From Octopus sinensis (Eukaryota), in the NCBI RefSeq assembly GCF_006345805.1, contig NC_042998.1:144770001-144834000 (forward strand): a stretch of DNA of 64,000 bases, given 5' to 3'. Shown here in pieces: positions 14,438 through 26,831 of this stretch. Position numbers and translations under genes: made by a program. The notes beneath the pieces are model-generated. The model searched no databases, had not been told where the DNA came from, and saw only the letters and a list, made by a program, of their open reading frames with translations. Every line of letters starts with the position of its first letter. The stretch's first letter is position 1.

Positions 14438-15812
14438 ACAGGGGTTGGCAAATCCCTCATATCATTGACACTTCTATGGAATCATTGATGATAACCTTTG
14501 ACCCTACCATTATGTAAATTTCTAAAATGAAATAAAAAAAGTATAATTCAAAAAAATTTCTTGATATAAAAACAATAATTCTTTCATTGCTTTGTGCCTT
14601 GATAAAGAACAATAAAAAAAATCAGGAGTATTATACTGACGTAGTTGTAATATCTAATGTGAAATATGTGTTTGGTGAACATGAGGAGGCACCCAAAAGT
14701 AACTGGAAACATTCTTTGTGGAGAAATCTCATTGTAGTTCAGGCTTCCACTGCTAGAGGCCACTTGATGTGAGCCACAAGTATCAGTCTACCGACCAGTG
14801 GTGTTGTGTGAAGTTGTACTGGCATGTGGTACGTTTTTGTTTTGCAGTGATTCTCCTCAGTTTGTCAATTTTTGCAATAGCTGAAACAAAGAAATAGCAT
14901 ACTTCAAACAGCTTACAAGGATGCTGCCCATGAGCAAGACACAAGTTTACAAGTGATTTCCAAGCCTTAGGAATGGTCACTTGTTGCTTGACGACCAACC
15001 TAATTCAGGACGACTGTCAACCTCCCAAATGAATGAAAGCATCATGGAAATTCATGAACTAATCTTGGAGGGCTGTCACTGAACAAATGATGAACTTGTT
15101 GATATGGCTGGTGTTCTGGAGCTCTTGCCAACAAAATTTGAGCAAGGAATTGCAAATGGAAAGAGTTGCAGCAAAATTTGTGCCTCATTTGCTCACAGAA
15201 GATCAAAAGCAGTCACAACTGAATGTGTCATGAACTGAAAGAACAGTTCAAAAGTCATCACTGGTGATGAAAGCTGGTGCTACAGAATTTGCAGATGTGG
15301 AAGAAGTGAAGAAAAAAATCAACAAAGGCATCACTTCTCAAGAGATCTAGCACTGCTTCAAACAGCGGAAAATGTGTCTGGACCAATGCATTGGTTCAAA
15401 TAGAAAATACTTTGAAGGTGATAAAAGTGTAAACATGTAAAACTAAGTGAATAAAATAATTCAAAATTCCAGTTTCTTTTGGGTACCCCCTTGTACTAGT
15501 TATTACATCAATTTTTGGAAGGAAATTTTTCAGTTTTAGCCAGTAAAGACAAGTGTATGCTTGTCCTTAATTAACTTGCCAATGCATCAGCTGGGGCTAT
15601 ATATTTATTAGGTGTGCGTCAACAATGTGTAAACCTGCGAAAGCATTTTAAATTTCCACATATTTCAGATGAGCTTTTTTTAAAATCAAATTTTTTTCAT
15701 ATGAGAAAGACAGTTTGCTCTTAATGCTTAAAATCCTTTCAGATGTTTATTGACCCAATCGGATAGCCATGTGGACAGAAGGGGGTCAATACTGAACACT
15801 TTGCCAACCCTG
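14438..15812. mobile_element. hAT-type MITE interrupted by a mariner insertion
   Basis: TIR caggggttggcaaa / tttgccaaccctg; 8-bp direct repeat GCCATAAG at 14430..14437 and 15813..15820; internal similarity to 60853..61142. Confidence 0.75.
14682..15493 (+). mobile_element. Internally deleted mariner-like element
   Basis: TIRs tgaggaggcacccaaaagtaactggaa / ttccagtttcttttgggtacccccttg followed by TA; remnants AYKDAA, RVAAKFVPHLLTEDQKQ, ITGDESWCY and YFEGD. Confidence 0.85.
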
Positions 15813-15849
15813 GCCATAAGGAAATTGATCTAAATTGTCAAAATATCTA

Positions 15850-16975
15850 AATTATCATCATCATCATTTAATGTTCGCTTTCCATGCTGGCCTGAGTTGG
15901 ACAGCTTGACGAGGACTGACAAGCCAAGAGGCTGCACCAGACTCCAATCTGATCTGGCAAGGTTTCTACAGCTCAATGCCCTTCCTAACACCAACCACTC
16001 CGAGAGCATAGTGGGTACTTTTTATGTGCCACTGGCGGCACTGGCAACAACCACACTCAAATGGTGCTTTTTATGTGCAAGCGGCACTAGCATTGGCCAT
16101 GCTTGAATGGTGCTTTTTACATGCCACCAGCATAGGTGCCAGTCAGGTGGCACTGGCATCGGCCATGACAATGATTTCACTTGACTCAACAGGTCTTCTC
16201 AAGCACAGCATATTGCCCAATGACTGAAGGGTACTTTTAAATGGCCTGGTTATGCGACACTGACATCAGTTATGGCTATGATCTCACTTGGCTTGCCAAG
16301 TCTTCTCAAGCACAGCATATCTCCAAAGGTCTGTCGCTTGTCATTGCCTCTGTGAGGCCCAACGTTTGAAGGTTGTGCTTCACCACCTCATCCCATGTCT
16401 TCCAGGGTCAACTTCTTCCACAAGTTTTCTCCACTGTTACGGTGTGACACTTCTTCACACAGCTGTCCTCATCTATATGCAACACATGACTATACAAGCA
16501 CAATTGTCTCTCTTGCACACCACATCTGATACTTCTTATGTTCAACTTTTCTCTCAGGGCACTTACACTGTCATGTATGCACACTGACATTACAGTTCCA
16601 GTGGAGCATACTAGCTTCATTTCTTTCAAGCCTACGCATGTCCTCAGCCGTCACAGCCCATGTTTCACTGCTGTGTAACACAGCTGTTCACACACGTGTT
16701 ATACAGTCCACCTTTCACTTTGAGAGACCCTTTGTTATCAGAAGAGGTAGGAAGTCTCTGAACTTTACCTAGGCTATTCTTATTCTAGCAGCTACACTCT
16801 GAGAGCATCCACTGCTACTGACTTGGTCAAGAAGGTAATGCCACACACAAAACTATCTCCCCAGTTTACGTTCCTTTGATATTGCTGCACCTCGTGTTCA
16901 TAGCTTACACTGGGTACATCTTATGGAGTTTCTACCTACACCTTTTCTACAGATTGAGCAGGGACATCTACATGA
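15850..16975 (-). mobile_element. Second, shorter and internally deleted copy of the same RTE LINE
   Basis: CSICRKGVGRNSIRCTQCKL and SVSALREKLNIRSIRCGVQERQL match 20826..22010; same 3'UTR and catcatcat tail at ~15855. Confidence 0.88.
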
Positions 16976-17236
16976 AGAGATTTGTGATTTGTTTGCCTTA
17001 GAAAAAACCTGTTTAATGTAGAGAGAAAGAGAAGCTAAAATCTTTATCATTTGATGTAAAGTCATGCTTGAGAATGAGAGAACCACATGCAAAATAAACA
17101 AAAAAAACTTCTTAAATAGAGAATAAGGAATAATAAAACTTGTGGTTGTTAGTTTATTAGAAAAGATGAGGAATAAATAAGATCATAACTAAAAGGAAAT
17201 TTAAATTTCCAGAGTGAATATAAAGTAGCCAATTAC

Positions 17237-17399
17237 CTTTTCTAATCTGTCTTTGGCTTTCTCCAACTGCTCTTGAGTGCTCAACAAATGTTTTTGACAT
17301 TCAATCAATGTTCGATCTTTATTGAACAGCTGCTTCACCATCGCAGAATTCTGGCCTTCCAGCACTTTAATTACTTGCTTCAGCTCATCCAACTTTGCA
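17237..17399 (-). CDS. CIT: CIT exon: coiled coil (AKLDELKQVIKVLEGQN...ECQKHLLSTQEQLEKAKDRLEK)
   Basis: ctttcag|T acceptor, AAG|gtaatt donor; 163 nt, phase 2-0, matching the previous exon. Confidence 0.9.
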
Positions 17400-17539
17400 C
17401 TGAAAGTTATTAAAACATTAATGTATCTCAATAACACACACACATTTTAATTGGCTGAAAAGTTACAAAAGGGACTCAAGAGCTGAGAGTTTCATACATT
17501 ATGTTTTACACCTATATAGTGTGAAGAGAATGATCTAAG

Positions 17540-17720
17540 TGGAATGAAACTGGAAGAGGAAAACCAAAGAAGATATGGGCAGAAGTAGTAAAAGCTGATC
17601 CCAAGATGTTGAACCTGATAAAAGAGATGACATAGGAACACAACTGATAAGCTGCTGTGTTGGAAAGGAATTATCCAAACAATGCAAACATGGAAACACG
17701 TGTAAAATTGAAGACGATAT
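17540..17720 (+). mobile_element. RTE LINE extreme 3' fragment
   Basis: GKPKKIWAEVVKADPKMLNL resembles RKTWDKVVKHDLRTLG. Confidence 0.5.
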
Positions 17721-18129
17721 TTAGACACAAACTCAATATATGCATCTTCAGTTGTTGCAACTGACCCAGAATTTATTTACAGACAAAGCCATTAGACATC
17801 ATTATAAACACACTGCACATACAAATGACAAAACATCTGGAATTGCAACAACTACAATATTCACAGCTTACATACATCTTAGTAGAGAAAGCAGAGCATA
17901 AATATTGAGAGTACTCACAGGATCCACGTGTCCAACACTAACAACGACACTTGTATACAAACAATTTATTAACTTTTAAAGTTGCTACAGATGCTAGATT
18001 TTACAATCATTCACAGTTTCTTCTGACAACCTCATATATAACCTAAAACTGCTTCAACAAGACTAGTCTCCCTCTTCAGATTCAGAAAACACTTGAGCTG
18101 CAAACAGTCGTTAATTCTCTGATGATCTC

Positions 18130-18480
18130 CAATGAAACACTGCTGTTGCCAAATTGCTACATTTACCAACCTCCTAGACTGCAATCAAAAGAAGACCATC
18201 CAGATGATTGAGAAAGGCTCAACACCAACATACTCATTTCCTAATCTACAGACACCATGTCTCTTCTCTCCACCTTTCCAACAACTATAATGGCCTCTGC
18301 ATATCAAAGCTTGCTAGTTGCATTCTGCCTTAATCCAAGTCTACTCACTTATGGTTTTAATCAGAAGCCAGTCCTTCCTTCCCAAAACACAAACTCTATG
18401 AAATTCAATTCCTGTCTACAGTTTTGCCTCAACTGTTGACATGCAGATATCCAAGTTAAACCTCAATCAATCTTGTCAGT
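18130..18480 (+). mobile_element. Highly decayed CR1/L2/Jockey-group LINE 3' relic
   Basis: LDCNQKKTIQMI and NNYNGLCISKLASCILP resemble LDRIQ.KAIR.I and YYNGLCS.ELA motifs; low identity. Confidence 0.4.
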
Positions 18481-18667
18481 CTTACCAGTCTTGGAGAGCT
18501 TGATAATGGTCAATAGCATGACCCCTTTCTTTTGGTTAAACCATAAAAATTTTGTTTCTAAAACAAGACTGGACAATGAGCAGATACAACATACCCAGAC
18601 TGCTTTCCTACACATACATAACAAACTAGTTCAGAGGTGAACAACTAAGCTAACAGTTTTGAGTTCA

Positions 18668-18669
<2 letters not shown>

Positions 18670-18707
<38 letters not shown>
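18670..18707. repeat. (CTA)n microsatellite
   Basis: Direct reading. Confidence 0.92.
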
Positions 18708-18709
<2 letters not shown>

Positions 18710-19469
18710 GATGTATTATAACCTTAAACCTTTAAGTCCTAAAGCAAGATATCTTGAACAAAACAGCTGATCCCAAGATTATTCTGTACAGAGCAACCTA
18801 CCAAGATAACTCAAGACTGAATCTTTCTTTATAAAACTGTTTTATTGCTTTATATATAGCCTCTCTCAATCAAAGTTGGCTCTGCATCTGCACATATAAA
18901 TTGGGCAAGAATTTTACAGGAAGATTGGCAGTTTCTCGAGTCTCCACCAATGTTTATCCAAAGGGAAGGACACTGACTTGGGCTGGTAGAGCTTGGCACC
19001 AGTGTCATCACAGGAATTACCATCAGAACACAACAAACCAGAACAGATACCACAAGGTATCTTACACATCTCACTAATAGTTCTGTGAGTCTACTGAAAC
19101 TAAATTAATACTGTTTTAATTTACCCTAAAGGGATGAAAAGGCAGACAAAGGTGACTTTGGTGGGATTCAAACTTGGAGCCCAAAACACTTAAACAAATG
19201 CCACAAGACAATCTATCCAATGCTCTAATAACTGCCAATTTATTTGTATATTTAATTACAATTAAAACTTCTTATATTCATCAATCAAAAATCATTTCAT
19301 AATTTGTCTGGGGAGAGTCATTCTCTTTTAGTGCCTTATGGTTAAACACTCACTAGAAAAATTTCCACTCATTTACTTATTTTCCTTCAAATTTTCATTG
19401 TCTCTTGCAACCTTTTCAATAATTGTTGACTCTGACAGTTATCTGAGCTGTGTTCTTTTTGTTTGTTTG

Positions 19470-19880
19470 TGCACATGTGTGTAGGTCAGTGTGTGTGTGT
19501 GCATATGAATGCAAGTGTGTGTGCATATGTATGCATGTGTCTGTGTGTGCATATGTATATAAGTATGTATGTGCGTGTGTTTGTATTCTGCATATTCATG
19601 CGTTTGTGTGTTTTTTTTCTGTGTACCGCTGTCTCCTTGTGTGTGCATGTCTGAGTGTCATCATGTGTCCATGTGCGAAGTGAAGTGTGTGTGTATATGG
19701 TTACATGCTTCAGTCTTCATTTGCGCATGTATGTGTGTATATGTGCTTGTCTGTTCATATTACCTATGTACCTATCTGTCTGTATGTCTACCCGTTTACA
19801 TTCATATCCACTTACCTACATACATGTGGATATACGTATACATATATATAATATATATATATATATACACACACATCTAC
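19470..19880. repeat. Degenerate GT/AT dinucleotide low-complexity tract
   Basis: Generates several spurious Cys/Val/His/Thr-rich ORFs. Confidence 0.85.
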
Positions 19881-20214
19881 ATAACAGACCACTGACTATT
19901 CTACCTGTATAGAAATATAAACTGTGGGTATGAAACCCATTACATATATTTCCTATTTAGTACTGGAGATGTTTCATTTATGAGGACACACTCCTGTATT
20001 TGTTTGAGTGTTGGTTCCTTTGGGCACTTGGATAACATGCGGATGTCAAGTAGACCCAGGTTGCCTCTATGTTGGTCCTTGGTATGTTGGTATTAACTTT
20101 TGACATGCAATTTTAACTTTGGAAGATGATTTCCTCACCATTATTTTCTGAAATGACACATACTTAGCAGCAAGTTCTAAAAGACAATTTGAAGAAGTTT
20201 TTTTGTGTGTGTGT

Positions 20215-22650
20215 ATATCATCATCCTCATCATTGTTTAACATCTGCATTCCATGCTAGCATCGGTTGGATGGTTCAAACCATCCAATCCATGGCTGCAC
20301 CAGGCTTCAATTTGATTTGGCAGAGTTTCTACAGCTGGATGCCCTTCCTAACGCCAACCACTCCGAAAGTGTAGTGGGTGCTTTTATGTGCACAGGCACG
20401 AGGGCCAGTCAGGCAGTACTGGCAACGGCCATGCTCAAATGGCATTTTTTTTATGTGCTACCTGCACTGGCAATGACCTCGCTCGAATATTGTTTTTCAC
20501 ATGCCACTGGCACAAGTGCCAGTGAAGCGACACTGGTAATGATCACACTTGAATGGTGCTTTTTACGTGCTATGGCACAGAAGCCAGTCAGTGGCCCTGG
20601 CAACAATCACTCTTGGATAGTGCTCTTAGTGCTCCACTAGCACGGATGCCAGTCATGTGGTGCTGTCATCAAATTTGATTTTGATTTCACTTACTTCAAC
20701 AGGTCTTCGCAAGCAGAGTTTAGTGTCCAATGAAGGAAAGGTATGCATAAGTGGACTGGTTATACCTCTGGCATAGGCCACAGGTTATGGTCTCACTTGG
20801 CTTGCTGGGTCTTCTGAAGCATAGCTTATTTCCAAAGGTCCCGGTCACTAGTCATTGCCTCTGTGATGCCTAATGTTCGAAGGTCATGCTTCACCACCTT
20901 GTCCCAGGTTTTCCGGGGTTCACCTCTTCCACAGTTTCCCTCAACCATTAGGGTGTGACACTTTTTCACACAGCTATCCTCATTCATTCTCACCACATCA
21001 CCATACCAGCTCTGTTGACTCTCTTGCACACCACATCTGATGCTTCTTAGGTCCAACTTTTCTCTCAAGGCGCTTACACTCTGTTGAGTATGCACACTGA
21101 TATTACACATCCAGCAGAGGATACTGGGTTCATTCCTTGCAAGCTTACGCATGTCCTCAGCAGTCACAGCCCATGTTTCTCTGCCATATAGCATGGTTGT
21201 CTGCACACATGCGTCATACAGTCTACCTTTTACTCTGAGCGAGAGGTCCTTTGTCACCAGCAGAAGTAGGAGCTCTCTGAACTTTGCCCAGGCTATTCTT
21301 ATTCTAGCAGCTACACTTTCAGAGCACCCACCCCAGTTACTGACTTGGTCACCTAGGTAATGGACGCTATCAACTACTTCTAGTTTTTCTCTCTGGAATG
21401 TGGCAGAAGTTGTTCTCAGCGCATTTTCAGTGTTTATTGCTCCTGAGCATTTGCCATATACAAAAACTATCTTCCCAGTTAGCCTTCCTTTGATATTGCT
21501 GCACCTCTTATGTGTCCATAGCTTACAATGGGTACATCTTATAGAGTTTCTACCTATGCCTTTTCTACAGATGAAGCAGGGCCATCTATCTGAAGGGATT
21601 TGTGGTTTGTCTGCCTTCCTGCTTATTAGGACTTTGGTTTTAGCTAGGTTGACTCTAAGGCCCTTTGATTCTAATCCTGGCTTCCACACCTGAAACTTCT
21701 CTAGTTCCAATAGTGACTCAGCAATTGGAGCAAGGTCATCAGCATAGAGGAGCTCCCAGGGGCATTCTGTCTTGAATTCCTCTGTTATTGCCTGGAGGAC
21801 TACGAGCTCCCAGGGGCATTCTGTCTTGAATTCCTCTGTTATTGCCTGGAGGACTACGGTAAATAGGAGGGCGCTGAAGACAGAATCTTGGTGGACCCCT
21901 ACCTGTACCCGGAATTCTTCACTATACTCGTTGCCAACCTTACTGACAGCGTCCCTGTACATGGCTCGCACAGCTCTCACTAACCTTTCTTCTATCCCTA
22001 GTTTCCTCATTGATCACCAGATAAGGAACTGGGGGACCCTGTCAAAGGTTTTCTCCATGTCAACAAAAGCCAGGTACAGAGGTTTATCTTTGGCTAGGTA
22101 TTTCTCCTGACATGAACCCAAACTACATCTCATCTAAACTGACTCCTTCCGTGACATTCATTACTTGTTCCAACAACTTGATACCTCTGTAATTATTTGT
22201 ATCTAAAGCATAACCTTTACCTTTGTAGCAGCTGACTACAGTGCTGCTACACCAATCATTGGGTATGATTCCTTTCTGTATCATCTGGTTAACTATACTG
22301 GTGACTAGGCTAAAGACGACACCGCCAGATATTTTGAGCATCTCTGCAGTGATTCCTGATGGGCCGGGGGCTTTCCCTGTCTTCATACTCTTAATTGCTT
22401 TATCTACCAAGGCACTGTCAATTCGGATAGCTAGTGCCTCTGTTGGGTTGACATTCAGCAGACTCTTTCTCCTATTCATTCTCTTTATTGAGCAACCTTT
22501 CATAGTGTCATCTCCAAACCTCTCTCCTTGCAGCCTCGTTTAGTGCAAGTGAACCATCATCTATGTGGACACATTTCTCTCCTACGACATCATGATTTTC
22601 ACTCACACACTGTCTTGCAACACAAAATACTTCAAGTCTTTGGTCCTCAT
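20215..22650 (-). mobile_element. 5'-truncated RTE-clade LINE (RT with frameshifts, 3'UTR, (ATG)n tail)
   Basis: ORFs 22508..22756, 22123..22503 (KAPGPSGI, KGKG..NNYRGIKLL) and 20826..22010 (GVHQDS, LLYADDL, KTKVL, HYLGD); 3'UTR tandem repeats and a cat-rich tail near 20220. Confidence 0.92.
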
Positions 22651-22934
22651 GACACAGAACATTATTATGGAAGCATACTAGCATAGCAAATGTTTTGATC
22701 TGAGATTGTGTGCTGAAACTAAAGCAATTATAGCATGGAAGACACAAGTTAGCCATTCAGAAACTCACAAAGAATTAACTTCATTTAAAAATATATTTGT
22801 GATATGGTGACCTGTTCACAGACAAAAAATTTTGACACACTATTGCAAAAAAAATGTTAAGTGAAGCTAATGGCTTTGGTTTGTTTCTGAAGCTAACTTG
22901 TGTCTTCCACGCTGCAATCACTAATGTTGGTGAC

Positions 22935-23230
22935 ACACAAATGGCACCCATGCTGGTGACATGCAAGAAGCACCTGTGACAGTAATACGTAAGAGGTACT
23001 TGTGTTGGTAACATGCAAGAGGCACCTGTGTCAGTGACATGCAAGTGGTACCCATGCTGGTGATGCATAAAAGACATCTGTGCTGGTTGTGCATAAAATG
23101 CACTTGTGCCAGTGACATTTAAAAGGCACTCATGCCAGTGAAGCATAAAAGCACTTGCACAAGTGACGTATAAAAGGAACTTGTGCCAGTCAAGCATAAA
23201 AAGCATCTGTGCCGGTGACAAATAAAGGCA
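22935..23230 (+). repeat. Minisatellite of ~12 copies of a 25-26-bp unit inside a (ATG)n-family SINE/RTE 3' segment
   Basis: Approximate unit cacgtaaaaggcacytgtgccagtga. Confidence 0.8.
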
Positions 23231-25307
23231 CCCAGTACACTATGCATGGTTGGTGTTAGGAGGGACATCCAGTCATAGCAACAAAGGTCTCCAGTTTACC
23301 AGTTCCAGCATAGAAAATGGGCACTAAATGATCCACGCACATACACATACAGCAGGCTTCCTTCAGTTTCTTTGAGCCAAATCCACTCATAAGATTTGGC
23401 CCAGAGTTATTGTAGAAAAAACTTGCCCAAGGTGCTATGTAGTGGAACTGAACCAAGACCACAAGGTTGGGAAGCATGCTTCTTAACTACACAGCTACAC
23501 TTGCATCTGAATATTTCATATACTGAGAGAAAAATGTTTCAATTTGACTCTAAACGAGACAGACATTAGTATTTCTGGTGTCAACAGAATGAAAAATTAC
23601 AATAAAGAGGAAGAAATTTACATAAACAAATAACTGTATCACATGGCCAATTTATCAGATATTTATGAGAAATAAATTCTTAAATTTTATTAACATTAAG
23701 ATTTTGATTCCTTGTCTGATATATCTCTTCAAATTTTATATTGCCAATTTAAAAAACAAAAATTATTATTTATTTAGTTTGCATTACATTTTACTTAAAA
23801 TTTCATATTATGTCAGCAAAGTATTCATTATATTTTCAAACCAACAAAACTACTTTCACAGCATCTTAAAAAATATTTATTGCTTATTTATTAATGGAAA
23901 TTATAGGCATGTGGCCTAGTGGTCAGGATGTTTAGCTCATGAGTGTAAAGCTGTGGGGTTGATTCCAGGACCAGGTTGAACTATCTTATTGTACTAGTTT
24001 ACTCAGCTGACTCTCTCTGGCTGTTACATCCTTGATGCTCCACTAGGTCTAGAGTAGGAGGGCCAAGAGGGTGCCTATGTCTGCTTCTGACTACATGGAC
24101 ATAAAAAACAACTAACAAAAGTATAGTACAAATTACCAGGTCATGCTTGGTTATTTTGAAAATTGTATGATAAAAATACATATTTTTTTTTAAACAGTTT
24201 GATTCTTGAGAAGATGTAAAAATCCATATAGGAAGCATTGAAGGGTCTGTCTGTCTATCATATTCTACTTATATTTCTGCTGATGTATGTACTGATCTAC
24301 TCTAACAATATCAACAAACATTTAAACCAAATAACTAAAAAAAGAAACTAAATAATTGTGGTGCTCCAGCATGACCTCAGGAACTGGGCTGCTACACATA
24401 AAAAGGTTAAAGTAACATCCACACAGCTATTTGCTAAGATCGTTTAACTTTTCTTTAACTAGATTTCAATATATCTAGCCATCAGTCTTTCTATCTTCTA
24501 TCTGCCAATGAATCTATCTATCCACATAGATACATTGATGAGTTGAAGAGATAGAAGTGGTTGAACATTAAAACCTGTAACAACTAAACTTTTATTGTTT
24601 TGCCTGTCACTATATTATGCAACGTTTAAGATCATGTAACTGCTTTTGACATCTGCATTCCTTTCAGTCAACACTCACTCACAGATTCTCTCTCTTTGCC
24701 TCTCACTTAAACTATACTATATACCTCTGCATTTATCATGTTTATATCTCTCTTTCTACTTCTTTCTTCAACTAGTTAACCACACAATGTAATAGCAACA
24801 CCTTTCTCTTACCTCTCAGCACTAACACTCTTTTTTCATTCTTCCCTTGAACTAACCACTTGACAACATCTTAGTGTAATAACTATTACTTTCTTCCTAC
24901 CTCACATTGTTAACACTTCTCTCTCCCCCTCCTCTTGCTCTTCACCTCTCCCTTCAGCTAACCATGTCACAGTATAATGCATATGGCCTTAGCATATTAA
25001 TAAATAGATTATAGAGAAATTTTGATAATAACGAAACACTGGTGAGCAGAGAGTACAAGGAGTAGTCACCTCATACTATCAATTGGATTTGGGTTGGGGT
25101 TGCAAGAGTGGATGAGAAATATGTCATAGAAATTAAAGGATTAAGCAAAACTATCTTACCATCCCAGCCTATTTCACTTATCTTTAATTCACAGCTACTT
25201 AGTTTACATTAGGAAATTACATTTCATTATATGCACTACTCATTTCAACTGTTCAGAAAAGTGCAACAACAACAGCTACTGCTATTACTACTACTAATAA
25301 TAATGAT

Positions 25308-25580
25308 GATTTCAAATTTTGGCACAAGGCCAGCAATTTCGGGGAGGGGGAAGTCAATTACATTGAACCCAGTACTCAACTGGTATTTATTTTAATAATA
25401 ATAATAATAATTTGCTCTAATTTTGGCACATGGCCAGCAATTTTGAGAGGAGACGGCATGACAGTTATATTAAACCTAATACTTGTTCGATATTTTATTG
25501 ATCCCAAAAGGACAAAAGGTAAAATTGGAGTGGAACTCAAAACATAAAAAAAGCTGAGAAAATGTGCTGGTGATTCGCTC
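25308..25580 (-). mobile_element. Two SINE family A pieces
   Basis: tttggcacaaggccagcaattt occurs twice, with (taa)n tails. Confidence 0.72.
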
Positions 25581-26019
25581 ACCTCACTACTTAAACATTA
25601 ATCATTCAACCATGGTAGTGGTTGAATATATTCTCAAGTTCACCATTTCATCAATTGCAGCAGCTTCCAAACTTCACCACTAATTCAGTTCTCAACTAAA
25701 TTGCAAACTGTTAATAATTTTTAAAACTAACTCCTCAGCTACACTATGGCATAAATAGTTTGAGATTTGGTTCAGTAGAAAAAAAGTTACATCAAAATAT
25801 CTGTGACCATCTTCAATAAACATAAATTTTTAAATTTTAAATTAAAAGTATACTTTTCTCAGGCTTATATGATAGAAAAATGTATGAGGAATTCAGAATC
25901 ATTAGTCGCATTGAACAAAAATTAGTTATGAAGTAAAATGTTATGAAATTTAATGCCAGGAAGTAAAAAGTAATGCTTAAGCAATAAGAATATATTTCTA
26001 AAACAAATGTTTACTTTCT

Positions 26020-26112
26020 AAGGCGGCGAGCTGGCAGAAACATTAGTGTACCAGGCGAAATGCTTAGCGGTATTTCGTCTGTCTTTACATTCTGAGTTCA
26101 AATTCCGCCAAG
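26020..26112 (+). mobile_element. SINE family A, 5' half
   Basis: aaggcggcgagctggcagaaac...ctgagttcaaattccgcc, close to consensus. Confidence 0.8.
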
Positions 26113-26831
26113 ATAAAAAAAATCGCATCACACAATCGAACCAATGAAAGAGCCTCTACCTGGTCGCTTGATGCTAAAAAATAGCAGCCAAAGTATCCCC
26201 CTACCTAAATCACACACCCATTGTATGTAATGTCCTAGATTATCCCTAAAAAGACAGTTTGCTGAAGGCTGGAATGTCTTTGATGATACTTTTGCAGTAT
26301 CAGGGCTGATTTGAGGTTAAATAACAACATTATGGTCAATTTCTATATTAACACCTGCACTATTTTCACTAAGAAAAAAAAAAATTATTTTTTTGCATTG
26401 AATCAAGTACCCTGACCTCCTAATATGCTGCAAATCCCTTATTTTGGTTTGGAAATCATTGGAAATTTTTTCGTTGAATGAATTCCTGTGACCTCCTAAT
26501 ATTGCAAAATTAGATTACTTAAGGTGAGCTTGGTAACTGATGGCTTTGGGGTCTTGTTTGTAACTTTTGGTGAGCCATGGTGCAACCAGCAACATTGTAA
26601 AAATTCCTGCCATTAATTTGGTGTGGATGGGTAATATCAAATAATTCAATCACAACATATATTCAAATTATACATGGAAAAAAAAAACTGAAATATTATC
26701 ATCACTTACATGGAAAAATTTAAATATTATCTTTCAGTATTTTATAAGGTAAAATCTTAAATTATAAACTGACACATTATTAATTATCTTGTAACAGCAA
26801 TGCATGGAAAAATCATGGATTACATGGAAAA

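Noticed and set aside
19439-19912. Several overlapping Cys/His-rich ORFs in the ORF track
   Set aside because: Artefacts of GT/AT dinucleotide repeats.
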